A stretch of DNA of 64,000 bases from positions 15,400 to 79,399 of the forward strand of contig ONBM01000024.1 in NCBI GenBank assembly GCA_900316045.1, in the 5' to 3' direction. Both the position numbers and the translations under genes were made by a program. Below, piece by piece: positions 1 through 9,638 of this stretch (position 1 is its first letter; each line of letters opens with the position of its first letter). The DNA comes from an uncultured Bacteroidales bacterium. GTDB taxonomy: Bacteria; Bacteroidota; Bacteroidia; Bacteroidales; UBA932. The notes below the pieces were generated by a model, which did not search any database, was not told the DNA's origin, and saw nothing but the letters and a program-made list of their open reading frames with translations.

Positions 1-279
1 TCCGGCTAAATCCTTGCCGTTGAATATCGTGTAATATCCGTCTGCGTCCTGAGGGACGGAGGCTAAATCAACCTGAGGCTTGCTGACTGCGATGTATGCA
101 GGTGCGCCCTCGTTGTTGACTTCCTGGGTTGTTTCCTCAGTGGAAAGATATTTTATTTCCGTTGGCGCAGGCTCTGCTTCCACGGAAGCAGCTTCCTTCG
201 CTTTCTTGCCGCTGTTCTTGCAAGATGCAAGTGACAGAATCATAGCAGCGCTAGCTGCGATATATACAATCTTTTTCAT
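1..279 (-). CDS. DUF1080-like (3-keto-disaccharide hydrolase family) lipoprotein, N-terminal part; runs off the window edge
   Basis: My own translation of the minus strand from the ATG at 279-277 gives MKKIVYIAASAAMILSLASCKNSG...DGYYTIFNGKDLAG. It has a lipoprotein signal with Cys and the FNGKDL motif typical of the start of a DUF1080 domain. The frame stays open to base 1. It is not in the ORF track because it is truncated. Confidence 0.6.
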   Translation of the reverse strand, partial: MKKIVYIAASAAMILSLASCKNSGKKAKEAASVEAEPAPTEIKYLSTEETTQEVNNEGAPAYIAVSKPQVDLASVPQDADGYYTIFNGKDLAG

Positions 280-307
280 ACTATTAATATGTTATATTCA
301 TTAAAGA

Positions 308-1807
308 TTAGACATCAGTAGGCATTGCTGGAAGAGAATAGCCATTCTGATATTCCCTCTTCAGCAGGTGAGCAGCGAACTCTCTGGCATTTACAGGGTC
401 GGTGTATTTGTTCTGGAATGTCGGGTGTCCGTCATGGATGGAGAATCCGTCTTTCTCAAGGATCCTGATGGTGGCGTCGGCAGGAATATTCGTGAATTCC
501 ATCTTCTCGCTATCATAGTCAAGAACCTGATTCAGGGTTTGAAGCCTGACGGCGGCGACTCCTACGTCCACCATTTCCACGAATGGGCCGGCCTCGCTGA
601 AGTCTGAGTTGCTAGGAATTCTGGAATCTGGGTCTTCCTTGCAGGCGCGGATCCAGTCCTGCTGGTGAGAGAGCGTGACTTCCCTCAGGAGGTGAGGCAC
701 TTCCGGCTTCCTTCCTGAAACGAGGATAGGGTCTGTTCCATAGGTGCCGACAACCATGATGTCCTTCGTGCCGTAGAATATGCTGCAACCACCGCTGATG
801 TTAAGGTTGAACCCGGCAGGCAGTCCTTCCGGCCTCTCTGGCATGAAGCCGCCATCGTACCAGCGTACTTCAACCTCAGGGAGAGACATCTTAGGCATGT
901 TGTCCCTTGCGTTCACGGTGAATTTAATCTTTTCAGCGCTAGGGCAGCAGTCGGTAAGCAGGGAAGTAGAGCAAGCTTCCACGTGTGCAGGTGCTCCGAG
1001 GTTCAGTCCTTTATAAGGGACGTGCATGATGTGGCAGGCCATGTCGCCGAGGGCTCCGGTTCCGAAATCCCACCAGCCGCGGAAGTTCCAAGGCGTGTAG
1101 ATGGAGTTGTAAGGCCTCATAGGAGCAGGGCCGATGAAGCTTTCCCAGTTGAGAGTAGAAGGAATGTCTTCCACTTTCTCTGGTCTTTCAAGTCCCTGTG
1201 GCCAGATAGGACGGTCGGTGAAGCAGTCAACTCTCCTCACGTCGCCAATCTCGCCATTCCAGAGCCACTCCAGAGCTTTTCTGGTGCCCTTACTGGAAGC
1301 ACCCTGGTTACCCATCTGCGTAGCTACGCGCATTTTCTTCGCCAGCTTGGTGAGTAGCCTTGCCTCGTAAACGGTGAGGGTCATTGGTTTCTCTACATAG
1401 ACATGCTTTCCTGCGGCGAGTGCTGCGGCAGCGATCACTGCGTGGGTGTGGTCAGCCGTAGCAACCATTACTGCGTCAGCCTTGTCCAGCATCTCGTCGA
1501 ACATCACGCGGTAGTCGTTGTATTTTTTTGCCTGCGGATACTTCTTGAACACATGATCCGCATATTTCCAGTCGACATCGCAAAGCCCGATGAAGTTCTC
1601 TGTCTCCATCTCTGCGAGGTCAGCGGCTCCGCGGCCTCCGATGCCGACTCCTAGGATGTTAAGCTTATCGCTAGGAGCTAGCTTCTTTTTCTTGTCTTTC
1701 TTTGGAGTTTTCTCTCCAGCGATGATGATGTTCGGTGCCATAGCTAGACCTACGGCTGCAGCAGTCCCTGTTTTCAGGAAAGCTCGTCTAGAAATTTCTT
1801 TGCTCAT
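308..1807 (-). CDS. Gfo/Idh/MocA family oxidoreductase with twin-arginine (TAT) signal
   Basis: N-terminus is SRRAFLKTGTAAAVGLA (TAT motif). Rossmann motif LGVGIGGRG is present, with family-typical EKP and downstream blocks. Confidence 0.9.
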   Translation of the reverse strand: MSKEISRRAFLKTGTAAAVGLAMAPNIIIAGEKTPKKDKKKKLAPSDKLNILGVGIGGRGAADLAEMETENFIGLCDVDWKYADHVFKKYPQAKKYNDYRVMFDEMLDKADAVMVATADHTHAVIAAAALAAGKHVYVEKPMTLTVYEARLLTKLAKKMRVATQMGNQGASSKGTRKALEWLWNGEIGDVRRVDCFTDRPIWPQGLERPEKVEDIPSTLNWESFIGPAPMRPYNSIYTPWNFRGWWDFGTGALGDMACHIMHVPYKGLNLGAPAHVEACSTSLLTDCCPSAEKIKFTVNARDNMPKMSLPEVEVRWYDGGFMPERPEGLPAGFNLNISGGCSIFYGTKDIMVVGTYGTDPILVSGRKPEVPHLLREVTLSHQQDWIRACKEDPDSRIPSNSDFSEAGPFVEMVDVGVAAVRLQTLNQVLDYDSEKMEFTNIPADATIRILEKDGFSIHDGHPTFQNKYTDPVNAREFAAHLLKREYQNGYSLPAMPTDV

Positions 1808-1843
1808 ATATAAAAGTTATTAGTGAAGTTTCTTAATCGTCGA

Positions 1844-2266
1844 TTAGAGCTCTTCAAATTTAACGTTAGTGAAGTCTTTACCTTCTTGTTGCTGCGGATT
1901 GCCGGATGGCTGCTCGCCTGTCTCTTCAGTCTCTTGAGCCTGGGGAGCATCCTCCTCCGTATCTTTCAGAAGGTTCTTCTTCATGTAATCTACAGCCTGT
2001 GCCAGGCCTTCCTGGAATTTGGCGAAATCTTCCTTGTACAGGAAAATCTTGTGCTTGTCGTAAGTGAAACTGCCATCCTGTTCCTGTCTGCGTTTGCTTT
2101 CAGTGATGGTAAGGTAGTAGTCATTATTGCCCTTGGTGGTTTTGACATCGAAGAAGTAAGTCCGCTTTCCAGCTCGCACTGGAATCGAAAAAACGTCTTC
2201 TGAATTGCGGTCAGCGTAATTCGGCCGCTCTTGATCGTCTTTAAACATATTGCGCTGAGTTTTCAT
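1844..2266 (-). CDS. PUR-alpha-like DNA/RNA-binding protein (DUF3276 family)
   Basis: VRAGKRTYFFDVKTTKGNNDYYLTITESKRR is the characteristic DUF3276 block. Confidence 0.75.
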   Translation of the reverse strand: MKTQRNMFKDDQERPNYADRNSEDVFSIPVRAGKRTYFFDVKTTKGNNDYYLTITESKRRQEQDGSFTYDKHKIFLYKEDFAKFQEGLAQAVDYMKKNLLKDTEEDAPQAQETEETGEQPSGNPQQQEGKDFTNVKFEEL

Positions 2267-2305
2267 TTAGCAAACAAATTTAATAAAAATCTAAAAATAG
2301 TATGT

Positions 2306-2313
2306 TATATTTG
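2306..2313 (+). promoter_or_regulatory. Bacteroidetes -7 promoter box (TATATTTG) upstream of nusB
   Basis: Exact match to TAnnTTTG, 20 nt upstream of the ATG at 2333. Confidence 0.4.
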
Positions 2314-2332
2314 CGTAAAATTTATTAAGAAT

Positions 2333-3304
2333 ATGCTTAACCGGCGCATTTTGCGAATAAAGGCTTTCAAGGTGCTGTACAGCTATGCCGAGGATCAGTC
2401 TATGACGCTTGAAGAAGCGGAAAGCCAGCTAAAGGAATCTCTGGAAGCAACTAGAACTCTATATCTTTTCATGCTCGACCTTATTCCGGCCCTGACCGAA
2501 GAAGCCAGAAGAAGGATTAAGGAGACGTCTGCCAAGTTCAATCCCACCGAGGAAGAGAAGCATCCGAACATGAAATTCGTCGAGAACCAAGTCGCCCCTC
2601 TGCTCTCGGAGGATCCTGATTTTCAGAAGATCATCTCAAAAAGATGCCTCTCCTGGGAGCAGCATGATGCTTTCCTGAGGAGGCTCTATGACATTGTCAG
2701 AACAAGGGAATATTTCATTGACTATATGAATGCTCCGGAGAGGTCTTTGAAAGAAGACGCTGCTCTGTTCAGGAGAATCTTCGAAGATGAACTTGTAGAC
2801 GACGAGGAACTAGAGAGGATCCTTGAAGACATGTCCCTGTGGTGGAATGATGATCTTGCATATTCATTGACTTGGTGCTGCAACGCCATGAAAGATTTCG
2901 CCGCCGGCAAGAGGTGGACTCTTCCGGAGCTTTATAAGAGCGACATGGTGAAGGCAGGCCATGGCAATCCGAAGCAGAAGGTTGACAACGATAAAGATTT
3001 CGTGTTCAAGCTGCTGCGCACGTCCTATGTCAATTACGGAAAATACCTCAAGCGCATAGCGGAGATGGTGCCTGACTGGGACGACAACCGCCTTTTCGTC
3101 ACCGACATAGAGCTAATCGTGATGGGTCTCTCGGAAGCGAAAGCCTTTCCGGACATGCCTCTGCGCGTGACCATCAATGAATATGTCGAAATCTCCAAGT
3201 TCTACAGCACCCCGAAGAGCCGCCAGTTCGTGAACGGGCTTCTGGACAAGCTCGTCAAGAAACTTATTGAGGAAGGGGAGATAGTGAAAACCGTCGAAAA
3301 TTGA
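2333..3304 (+). CDS. nusB: transcription antitermination factor NusB (long Bacteroidetes form)
   Basis: MLNRRILRIKAFKVLYSYAE is a NusB N-terminus. The start was moved to the internal ATG at 2333 because the ORF-track start overlaps the divergent gene and the promoter. Confidence 0.85.
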   Translation: MLNRRILRIKAFKVLYSYAEDQSMTLEEAESQLKESLEATRTLYLFMLDLIPALTEEARRRIKETSAKFNPTEEEKHPNMKFVENQVAPLLSEDPDFQKIISKRCLSWEQHDAFLRRLYDIVRTREYFIDYMNAPERSLKEDAALFRRIFEDELVDDEELERILEDMSLWWNDDLAYSLTWCCNAMKDFAAGKRWTLPELYKSDMVKAGHGNPKQKVDNDKDFVFKLLRTSYVNYGKYLKRIAEMVPDWDDNRLFVTDIELIVMGLSEAKAFPDMPLRVTINEYVEISKFYSTPKSRQFVNGLLDKLVKKLIEEGEIVKTVEN

Positions 3305-3330
3305 TTAAATTTGTACAAATATTATAGAAT

Positions 3331-3678
3331 ATGAAAATGCTAACAATCTTACTTCAAGCCTCTTCGGCGCCTGCTTCCGGCAGTGCTGCGCCGGGTGCCG
3401 CAGGAACCAGCAGCATGATGTTCTGGATCATGATAATCGCTATGTTCGTGATCCTGTGGCTTTTCATGATCAGGCCTCAGCGCAAGCAGCAGAAAGAATT
3501 GGAAAACTTCCGTAAATCCCTGAAGAAAGGGGACAAGGTCGTCACCGTCGGGGGCATCTATGGAGTAATAGATGAAATAAACGAGAAGTCAGCGCTCATC
3601 AAGGTTGATGGCGACGTGAAGCTTAGAGTCGATAAGAATTCGCTAGTGAAGGATTATTCCGACGCTCAGCCTAAGTAG
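3331..3678 (+). CDS. yajC: preprotein translocase subunit YajC
   Basis: One TM segment followed by RPQRKQQKE...GDKVVTVGGIYG, the YajC signature. Confidence 0.9.
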   Translation: MKMLTILLQASSAPASGSAAPGAAGTSSMMFWIMIIAMFVILWLFMIRPQRKQQKELENFRKSLKKGDKVVTVGGIYGVIDEINEKSALIKVDGDVKLRVDKNSLVKDYSDAQPK

Positions 3679-3688
3679 GGAGGAACAA

Positions 3689-4669
3689 ATGTGGAAGGAA
3701 CGTTTCCATGCCTTCTTGCAGAAGACCCATCTCAACGGCCGGGACTCAGTAATATTCTTACTCTCTGTCCTGCTCGCTTTCTCTGTCTGGCTCATTCATA
3801 ATCTGTCGCTGAATTATTCCAGCACTATGAGCGTGCCGGTGGTGGCCGTCTGCAACATAGATGGGCATTCCAACGTTTCTTCTAATTCCAGCCTCATCGT
3901 GGCCCGATGCCGCACTTCCGGCTTCAGCCTGGTGCGGAATTCTTCTATGTCAAAGCGGAACGCTATCCGGATAATGTTCGACCCGAAAGACATGCACCAT
4001 AAGGACGGGGAAATCTTCTACATTACTTCCGCTGAGCTGAGCAATTATGTGAACGAGATTTTTGGGGAAGGGGTGAGGCTGGAGTCTTTCGTCTCAGACA
4101 CGTTCCAGTTCCGCTTTCCGTTCGAGAATAATAAAAAGGTGCCAGTGCAGGCGGAGACCATACTGTCGTTCAGGCCGCAATACACTGCCATGGACGGCAT
4201 GAAAGTCACGCCGGATTCCATAACGATTTACGGTGAGCCGTTCCACCTGGAGCACGTGGACAGGGTGTTCACGAAGACCATAGAGCTCTCGAACATTCGT
4301 TCCAGCAGCCACGGCACGGTTAAGCTGGAACCTATAAACGGGGTGCGCATGTCGGTCTCCGAGGTGAACTATTCATTGGATGTGACGCGTTTCGTCGAGA
4401 TAAAAGACGACGTAGCCATCATTGCCAGGAACGTTCCAGTGGGAAAGGAATTGAAAATATTCCCATCCACTGCGAAAGTGACTTATAAATGCACTTTCCC
4501 TCTTTCAGAAGATCCATCCGACGTGGTTAGCTTCTACATCGATTACTCCGACTTCGAGAAGTCTCTTGGCGGGAAATGCATAGCGAAGGCTCGGAACATT
4601 CCTAAAGGGGTGATTGAATATACTCTGGATCCAGAGGTGTTCGATTGCGTGGAGGAGGATAGAAAATGA
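3689..4669 (+). CDS. YbbR-like domain-containing membrane protein
   Basis: N-terminal TM segment. Its position between yajC and coaE matches the conserved Bacteroidales arrangement. The sequence-level family call is inferred. Confidence 0.55.
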   Translation: MWKERFHAFLQKTHLNGRDSVIFLLSVLLAFSVWLIHNLSLNYSSTMSVPVVAVCNIDGHSNVSSNSSLIVARCRTSGFSLVRNSSMSKRNAIRIMFDPKDMHHKDGEIFYITSAELSNYVNEIFGEGVRLESFVSDTFQFRFPFENNKKVPVQAETILSFRPQYTAMDGMKVTPDSITIYGEPFHLEHVDRVFTKTIELSNIRSSSHGTVKLEPINGVRMSVSEVNYSLDVTRFVEIKDDVAIIARNVPVGKELKIFPSTAKVTYKCTFPLSEDPSDVVSFYIDYSDFEKSLGGKCIAKARNIPKGVIEYTLDPEVFDCVEEDRK

Positions 4670-5256
4670 TAACATTCGCTGTCACAGGGGGCATAGGAAG
4701 CGGGAAATCCGCAGTTTGCAGGATCATAGCCGCAGAGGGCATTCCGGTCTATGATTCGGACTCTGCGGCAAAGCGTCTTTACCAGACAGATGATTCCTTG
4801 CTGGATGCCATCGAGGAGGCTTTCGGCTGCAGCATCAGAAAGGCTGATGGGAAGTTCGACAAAGCTAAGCTGACCGAACTGGCTTTCTTTTCGAAAGACA
4901 ACTTGGCTAAGCTGGACGGTATTGTCCATCCTGCCGTGCTGAGGGATTTCATAAGGTGGAAGGCCATGAATGAAGCGAATGGGGAGAAAGCGGCTGCCAT
5001 GGAGTCGGCAATCGTAATGGACCTGCCGGAGTTCATGAAGCACTTGGACAAGATAATTCTGGTGGATGCTCCTCTGGAATTAAGATTGGAAAGGGCGGCG
5101 GCTAGAGATAACGTTCCAAAATCGAGCATCATCCAGCGAATCGCAGCACAAAGATTCGACATCTCGAAGGCCGATGCCATCATAAGGAACGGTGGCACGA
5201 TTGATGACCTGAAGAAAGAAACAGATAGCGCATTGAAAATTTTAAAAATTAAATGA
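4666..5256 (+). CDS. coaE: dephospho-CoA kinase
   Basis: P-loop VTGGIGSGKS at the N-terminus, CoaE length and synteny. Confidence 0.9.
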   Translation: MITFAVTGGIGSGKSAVCRIIAAEGIPVYDSDSAAKRLYQTDDSLLDAIEEAFGCSIRKADGKFDKAKLTELAFFSKDNLAKLDGIVHPAVLRDFIRWKAMNEANGEKAAAMESAIVMDLPEFMKHLDKIILVDAPLELRLERAAARDNVPKSSIIQRIAAQRFDISKADAIIRNGGTIDDLKKETDSALKILKIK

Positions 5257-5714
5257 ATATGAAAACTGATTTGACAAAAATTATTTCTGTATCTGGCCAG
5301 CACGGCCTTTACAAGTACCTGGCTCAGGCTCGCAACGGTGCCATCGTGGAATCCCTGAGCGATAAGTCTAGGACTGTGTTCGGGTTGAAGAACAGAATCA
5401 CGACACTTGCCGACATTTCCGTATACACCAAGACCGGAGAGGTCTCCCTGAAAGACGTGCTTACGAAGCTGAAGGACGTGCTTGACGGGAAGGAGGTAAC
5501 TTCAAAAGACAGTCCTGATGAGTTGAAGGCACTTTTTGAAAAGGCAGTGCCTGACTATGACGCAGACCGCTTCTACGTGTCTCACATGAAGAAAATCATC
5601 GACTGGTACAACGAGATTGCAAAATATGCATCCTTCGACTTCGAGGAGGAGAAGAAGGATGAGGCTCCTGGCCAGGAAGAGGCTCCGACTTCTGAAGATA
5701 AAGCTAACGAATAA
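5253..5714 (+). CDS. conserved hypothetical protein, probably DUF5606 family
   Basis: ISVSGQHGLYKYLAQARNGAIVESL resembles the DUF5606 N-terminal block. The C-terminal tail is acidic. Confidence 0.5.
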   Translation: MNMKTDLTKIISVSGQHGLYKYLAQARNGAIVESLSDKSRTVFGLKNRITTLADISVYTKTGEVSLKDVLTKLKDVLDGKEVTSKDSPDELKALFEKAVPDYDADRFYVSHMKKIIDWYNEIAKYASFDFEEEKKDEAPGQEEAPTSEDKANE

Positions 5715-5719
5715 GGAAT

Positions 5720-7057
5720 ATGCCGAATAATAGAAGGAAATCCATACAGGTGATCACCCTAGGGTGCTCGAAGAACACTGTGGACACTCAGCACATTCTT
5801 TCCCAGGTCGAGAAAGATTACGAAGTGGTGCCGGAGGGGGATAATCGTGCCGTGGATTACCTTTTAATCAACACTTGCGGTTTCATCGGAGATGCCAAGG
5901 AAGAGTCTGTGCAGGCCATCCTTGACGGCGCTTTGCGAAAGAAAGCTGGGAATGCGAAGAAGTTATTCGTTTTAGGTTGCCTCTCGCAGCGTTACATGGG
6001 GCAGCTTCCTGCCCTGGTTCCTGAAGTCGATAAATGGTTCGGCGCCAGGGATTTCGCCCCGGTAGTCAAGGCTTTAGGCGTGGAGCCTGGCAGCTCGCAT
6101 GAGCGGATGCGATACCTTACCGAGAAGCATCGCTCCTATGCTTACCTGAAGATTTCCGAAGGCTGCGACCGCAGGTGCTCATATTGCGCTATTCCTTTCA
6201 TACGTGGCGCTCACAAGAGCATGCCTGTCGAGATGCTCGTGAAAGAGGCGACCGAGCTTGCTGGCGAAGGCGTGAAAGAACTGCTTCTGATAGCACAGGA
6301 CACCACATATTATGGGCTGGATCTCTATGGGAAACGTTCTCTTGCTAAACTGATTCAGGAACTTTCTAAAATCAAGGGAATTGAATGGATAAGGATTCAC
6401 TATTCCTATCCTGCCGATTTTCCTGAGGATGTCCTGAAAGAGATGGCTGATAACCCGAAGGTCTGCAAATACCTTGACATTCCTCTTCAGCATATTTCAG
6501 ATAAAGTCCTGAATAAGATGCACAGGGGCGTTGATGGCGAGTGGACGAGGAATCTTATCGCGAAGCTACGCTCGCAGGTGCCAGGAGTGGTGCTAAGGAC
6601 TACGATGATTGTCGGGCATCCGGGCGAGGGCAAGCGGGAGTTCCAGGAGCTTCTGGATTTCGTCGCCGAGGCTAAGTTCGAGCGGCTTGGCGCTTTTAAA
6701 TATTCAGAGGAAGAGGGTACTTTCGATGCGAATAATTTCAGGGATCGCATCACTAAAAAGGAAAAGCAACGCAGGCTGTCCGAGCTCATGGAGCTTCAGA
6801 GCGGTATTTCACTCGCATTCAACCAGTCCAGGGTCGGGAAGGTGGAAAAAGTGCTCGTTGATGACTATGCCGACGGGGTTTTCATCTGCAGGAGCCAGTA
6901 CGAGAGCCCGGAAGTGGATGGCGAGATTATTGTAACTTATTCGCCGGACAAATTCCCCGGAATCGAAGATCCGGAGGAACTCTGCGGAATATTCATGAAT
7001 GTTAAAATAACTGGCGCGGATGAGTATGATCTGACTGCCGAGCCAATAGGAGATTAA
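5720..7057 (+). CDS. rimO: ribosomal protein S12 methylthiotransferase RimO (radical SAM)
   Basis: MTTase N-domain LGCSKN, radical-SAM CDRRCSYCAIP, C-terminal TRAM-like region. Confidence 0.9.
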   Translation: MPNNRRKSIQVITLGCSKNTVDTQHILSQVEKDYEVVPEGDNRAVDYLLINTCGFIGDAKEESVQAILDGALRKKAGNAKKLFVLGCLSQRYMGQLPALVPEVDKWFGARDFAPVVKALGVEPGSSHERMRYLTEKHRSYAYLKISEGCDRRCSYCAIPFIRGAHKSMPVEMLVKEATELAGEGVKELLLIAQDTTYYGLDLYGKRSLAKLIQELSKIKGIEWIRIHYSYPADFPEDVLKEMADNPKVCKYLDIPLQHISDKVLNKMHRGVDGEWTRNLIAKLRSQVPGVVLRTTMIVGHPGEGKREFQELLDFVAEAKFERLGAFKYSEEEGTFDANNFRDRITKKEKQRRLSELMELQSGISLAFNQSRVGKVEKVLVDDYADGVFICRSQYESPEVDGEIIVTYSPDKFPGIEDPEELCGIFMNVKITGADEYDLTAEPIGD

Positions 7058-7061
7058 AATT

Positions 7062-8015
7062 ATGAAAAAGGCTTCTGTCATCCTGCTCTCTGGCATGTTC
7101 ATGCTGGCGGCATGCGCACCTCAGGCGCTGCTGGTGGAATCTGAGATGAGGGGACCGTCCGCTTCGGGGCTGGACCTCGCTCGCAAGACCATGGGCATCG
7201 TTTATCTGTACGGCTCCGATCCAAGGGATTCTTCGTTCAACAGGGCTTTTTCTTCTGGCTTTGCATCTGCCCTGGAACATGATTATTTCAATGGGGAGCA
7301 GGTTATCGACCTTTATAGCATTGAATATGAAAAAGGCACTGACTACACCCAGAAGGATTCAATGGTGAATCTGGCCATGGATGTTGACAAGGATGTCGTT
7401 TTCCTTGTGGATAAGCCATCTTTCGGAAATGTCTCTTTTGGCTCGCCGATAAAAAATGCTTCGGTGGGCATTCATTCTGCCGATTCATCGTACATCTCGG
7501 CTGCGAAGCTCCCTTTCAACGTGAAGGTTTACGTCTACGACACCCAGAATAAGGAAGATAAGGTTTTCGGCTTCGCCGGCGACAGGGATCTTGCCGTAGA
7601 TGTGTACAGCAATGGAAAAGCTACTGCTGAGGAAATGAATCGCAGGCTTTGGAATAGCACTGAGAGCGCTGCCGAGAGCGCGGGTCAGGTGGCGGCAAAG
7701 TCTTTCGTGTCTACGTGGCATCAGGATCAGTTCTTCGTAATATATTACGATGCTGCTGAAAGTGCTTGGACCAATGGTGCGGAGCATGCTAACTCATTCA
7801 AATGGAAAGAAGCTATCGACGACTGGCTACCTCTCACTAAGAACAAAAATAAGGAAAAGAGGGCTTGCGCAGCTTATAACATCGGCCTTGCATGCTTCAT
7901 GCTTGGGCAGCCAGAGCTGGCAAAAGAGTGGCTGGATAGGTCGGACAGCGAGGAGCCTGTGAGCTTGAGCGCAAGCCTGAGAAAGCAGATTGAGAGTTAT
8001 ACGGGAGTAAAATGA
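7062..8015 (+). CDS. putative lipoprotein of unknown function
   Basis: Signal peptide with lipobox-like LAAC. I can name no enzymatic motif. Confidence 0.5.
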   Translation: MKKASVILLSGMFMLAACAPQALLVESEMRGPSASGLDLARKTMGIVYLYGSDPRDSSFNRAFSSGFASALEHDYFNGEQVIDLYSIEYEKGTDYTQKDSMVNLAMDVDKDVVFLVDKPSFGNVSFGSPIKNASVGIHSADSSYISAAKLPFNVKVYVYDTQNKEDKVFGFAGDRDLAVDVYSNGKATAEEMNRRLWNSTESAAESAGQVAAKSFVSTWHQDQFFVIYYDAAESAWTNGAEHANSFKWKEAIDDWLPLTKNKNKEKRACAAYNIGLACFMLGQPELAKEWLDRSDSEEPVSLSASLRKQIESYTGVK

Positions 8016-9610
8016 AACAGGAATTTGACGTTATAATCATAGGCGGCGGCATCACGGGTGCTGGAACCGCAAGGGACTGTTCCCTTAGGGGCTTGAAAGT
8101 TCTGTTGATAGAAAGAAACGATATTGCGACCGGAGCGACTGGCCGCAATCATGGTTTGCTGCATAGCGGAGCACGCTATGCTGTCACTGATAAAGAATCT
8201 GCTTCAGAATGCATAAAAGAGAACATGATTCTGAAGAAAATAGCCCGACATTGCGTTGATGATACTTCAGGATTTTTCATTACCCTGCCTGAAGATGACC
8301 TGGGCTACCAGGCAACGTTCGTGAAAGCCTGCACAGACGCTGGAATAAAGGCGGAAATCATCGACCCTCAGGAGGCTAGGAGGCTAGAGCCATCTGTGAA
8401 TCCGTCCATCATAGGTGCAGTGCGCGTTCCTGATGGCTCGGTGGACCCGTTCAGGCTTTGCGCATCAAATGTCTACGATGCGAAGCTCCACGGAGCCAAT
8501 TTGCTTACATATTCAGAAGTCACAGGATTCATAATGGACCAGGATACCGTGAGAGGAGTAAAGGTGCTGAATCACAGGACCGGGGAGCTTGGCGAGTATC
8601 ATGCGCCAGTGGTAATAAATGCGTGTGGAATCTGGGGGCATCATATTGCCGAGATGGCTGGGGCAAAGATTGGCATGTATCCGGCGAAGGGTGCTTTGCT
8701 GATTTTCGCTCACAGGGTCAACGGAATCGTGCTGAATCGTTGCCGCAAGCCTGCAAATGCGGACATCCTTGTTCCGGGAGATACCGTGTGCGTGATTGGC
8801 ACTACTTCCACTAAGGTGCCATACGAGGAATGCGATCATCTGCAGGTGACGCCGGACGAGGTGAATCTGCTTCTCTCAGAGGGAGCGAAACTCTCGCCTG
8901 TGCTTGCTCAGACTAGGATTTTGCGAGCTTACGCTGGGGTGCGTCCACTTGTTTCTGCGGACAATGATCCTACCGGCAGGAATATCAGCCGTGGCATAGT
9001 CTGCTTGGATCACGAGACTCGCGACGGAATTAAAGGTTTAGTGACTATAACTGGCGGTAAGCTGATGACTTACAGGCTGATGGCTGAGCAGGCTACTGAC
9101 ATGGCTTGCAAGAAGCTGGGTCTGGATGTTCCTTGCGCGACTGCAACTACCCCTCTTCCTGGCTCTGAGGAAGGAGGCATAGAGAAGATATTCAAGAATA
9201 TGTGGACTATGCCTACTACGGCGCAAAAGGCGACCGTTGGCAGGGCTGGGGCTAATGTCTCTAGCATTCCGCTTTCCGATGAATATGAGGGGAGCGTCGT
9301 TTGCGAGTGTGAAGAGGTGCCTGTGTCTGAGATAGATTCTGCCATCAAGAACATGGACGTTCACAATCTCGTTGATCTTCGCAGGCGCACACGAATGGGC
9401 ATGGGAACGTGCCAGGGAGAGCTTTGCGGGTGCAGGGCTGCCTGCATTCTGGCTAAGGATCGCGATGTCGTTGCTGTGCGCAATGATTTGAAGCAGTTCA
9501 TGAACGAGCGGTGGAAAGGAATGTATCCTGTGGCTTGGGGAGGGACCTTACGGGAATGCGCATATACGCAGTGGGTATATTCAGAAGTGCTGGGATTGAA
9601 TGAATCTTAG
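8012..9610 (+). CDS. glpA: anaerobic glycerol-3-phosphate dehydrogenase subunit A
   Basis: FAD motif DVIIIGGGITGAG, C-terminal BFD-like Cys cluster (CECEEV...CQGELCGC), followed by glpB and glpC. Confidence 0.9.
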   Translation: MKQEFDVIIIGGGITGAGTARDCSLRGLKVLLIERNDIATGATGRNHGLLHSGARYAVTDKESASECIKENMILKKIARHCVDDTSGFFITLPEDDLGYQATFVKACTDAGIKAEIIDPQEARRLEPSVNPSIIGAVRVPDGSVDPFRLCASNVYDAKLHGANLLTYSEVTGFIMDQDTVRGVKVLNHRTGELGEYHAPVVINACGIWGHHIAEMAGAKIGMYPAKGALLIFAHRVNGIVLNRCRKPANADILVPGDTVCVIGTTSTKVPYEECDHLQVTPDEVNLLLSEGAKLSPVLAQTRILRAYAGVRPLVSADNDPTGRNISRGIVCLDHETRDGIKGLVTITGGKLMTYRLMAEQATDMACKKLGLDVPCATATTPLPGSEEGGIEKIFKNMWTMPTTAQKATVGRAGANVSSIPLSDEYEGSVVCECEEVPVSEIDSAIKNMDVHNLVDLRRRTRMGMGTCQGELCGCRAACILAKDRDVVAVRNDLKQFMNERWKGMYPVAWGGTLRECAYTQWVYSEVLGLNES

Positions 9611-9638
9611 AAGAATAAGTTTTGAATAAGGATTAAGA

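Noticed and set aside
80-304. A 74-aa plus-strand ORF at the window start.
   Set aside because: It is antisense to a much more convincing partial lipoprotein/DUF1080 CDS (1-279, minus strand).
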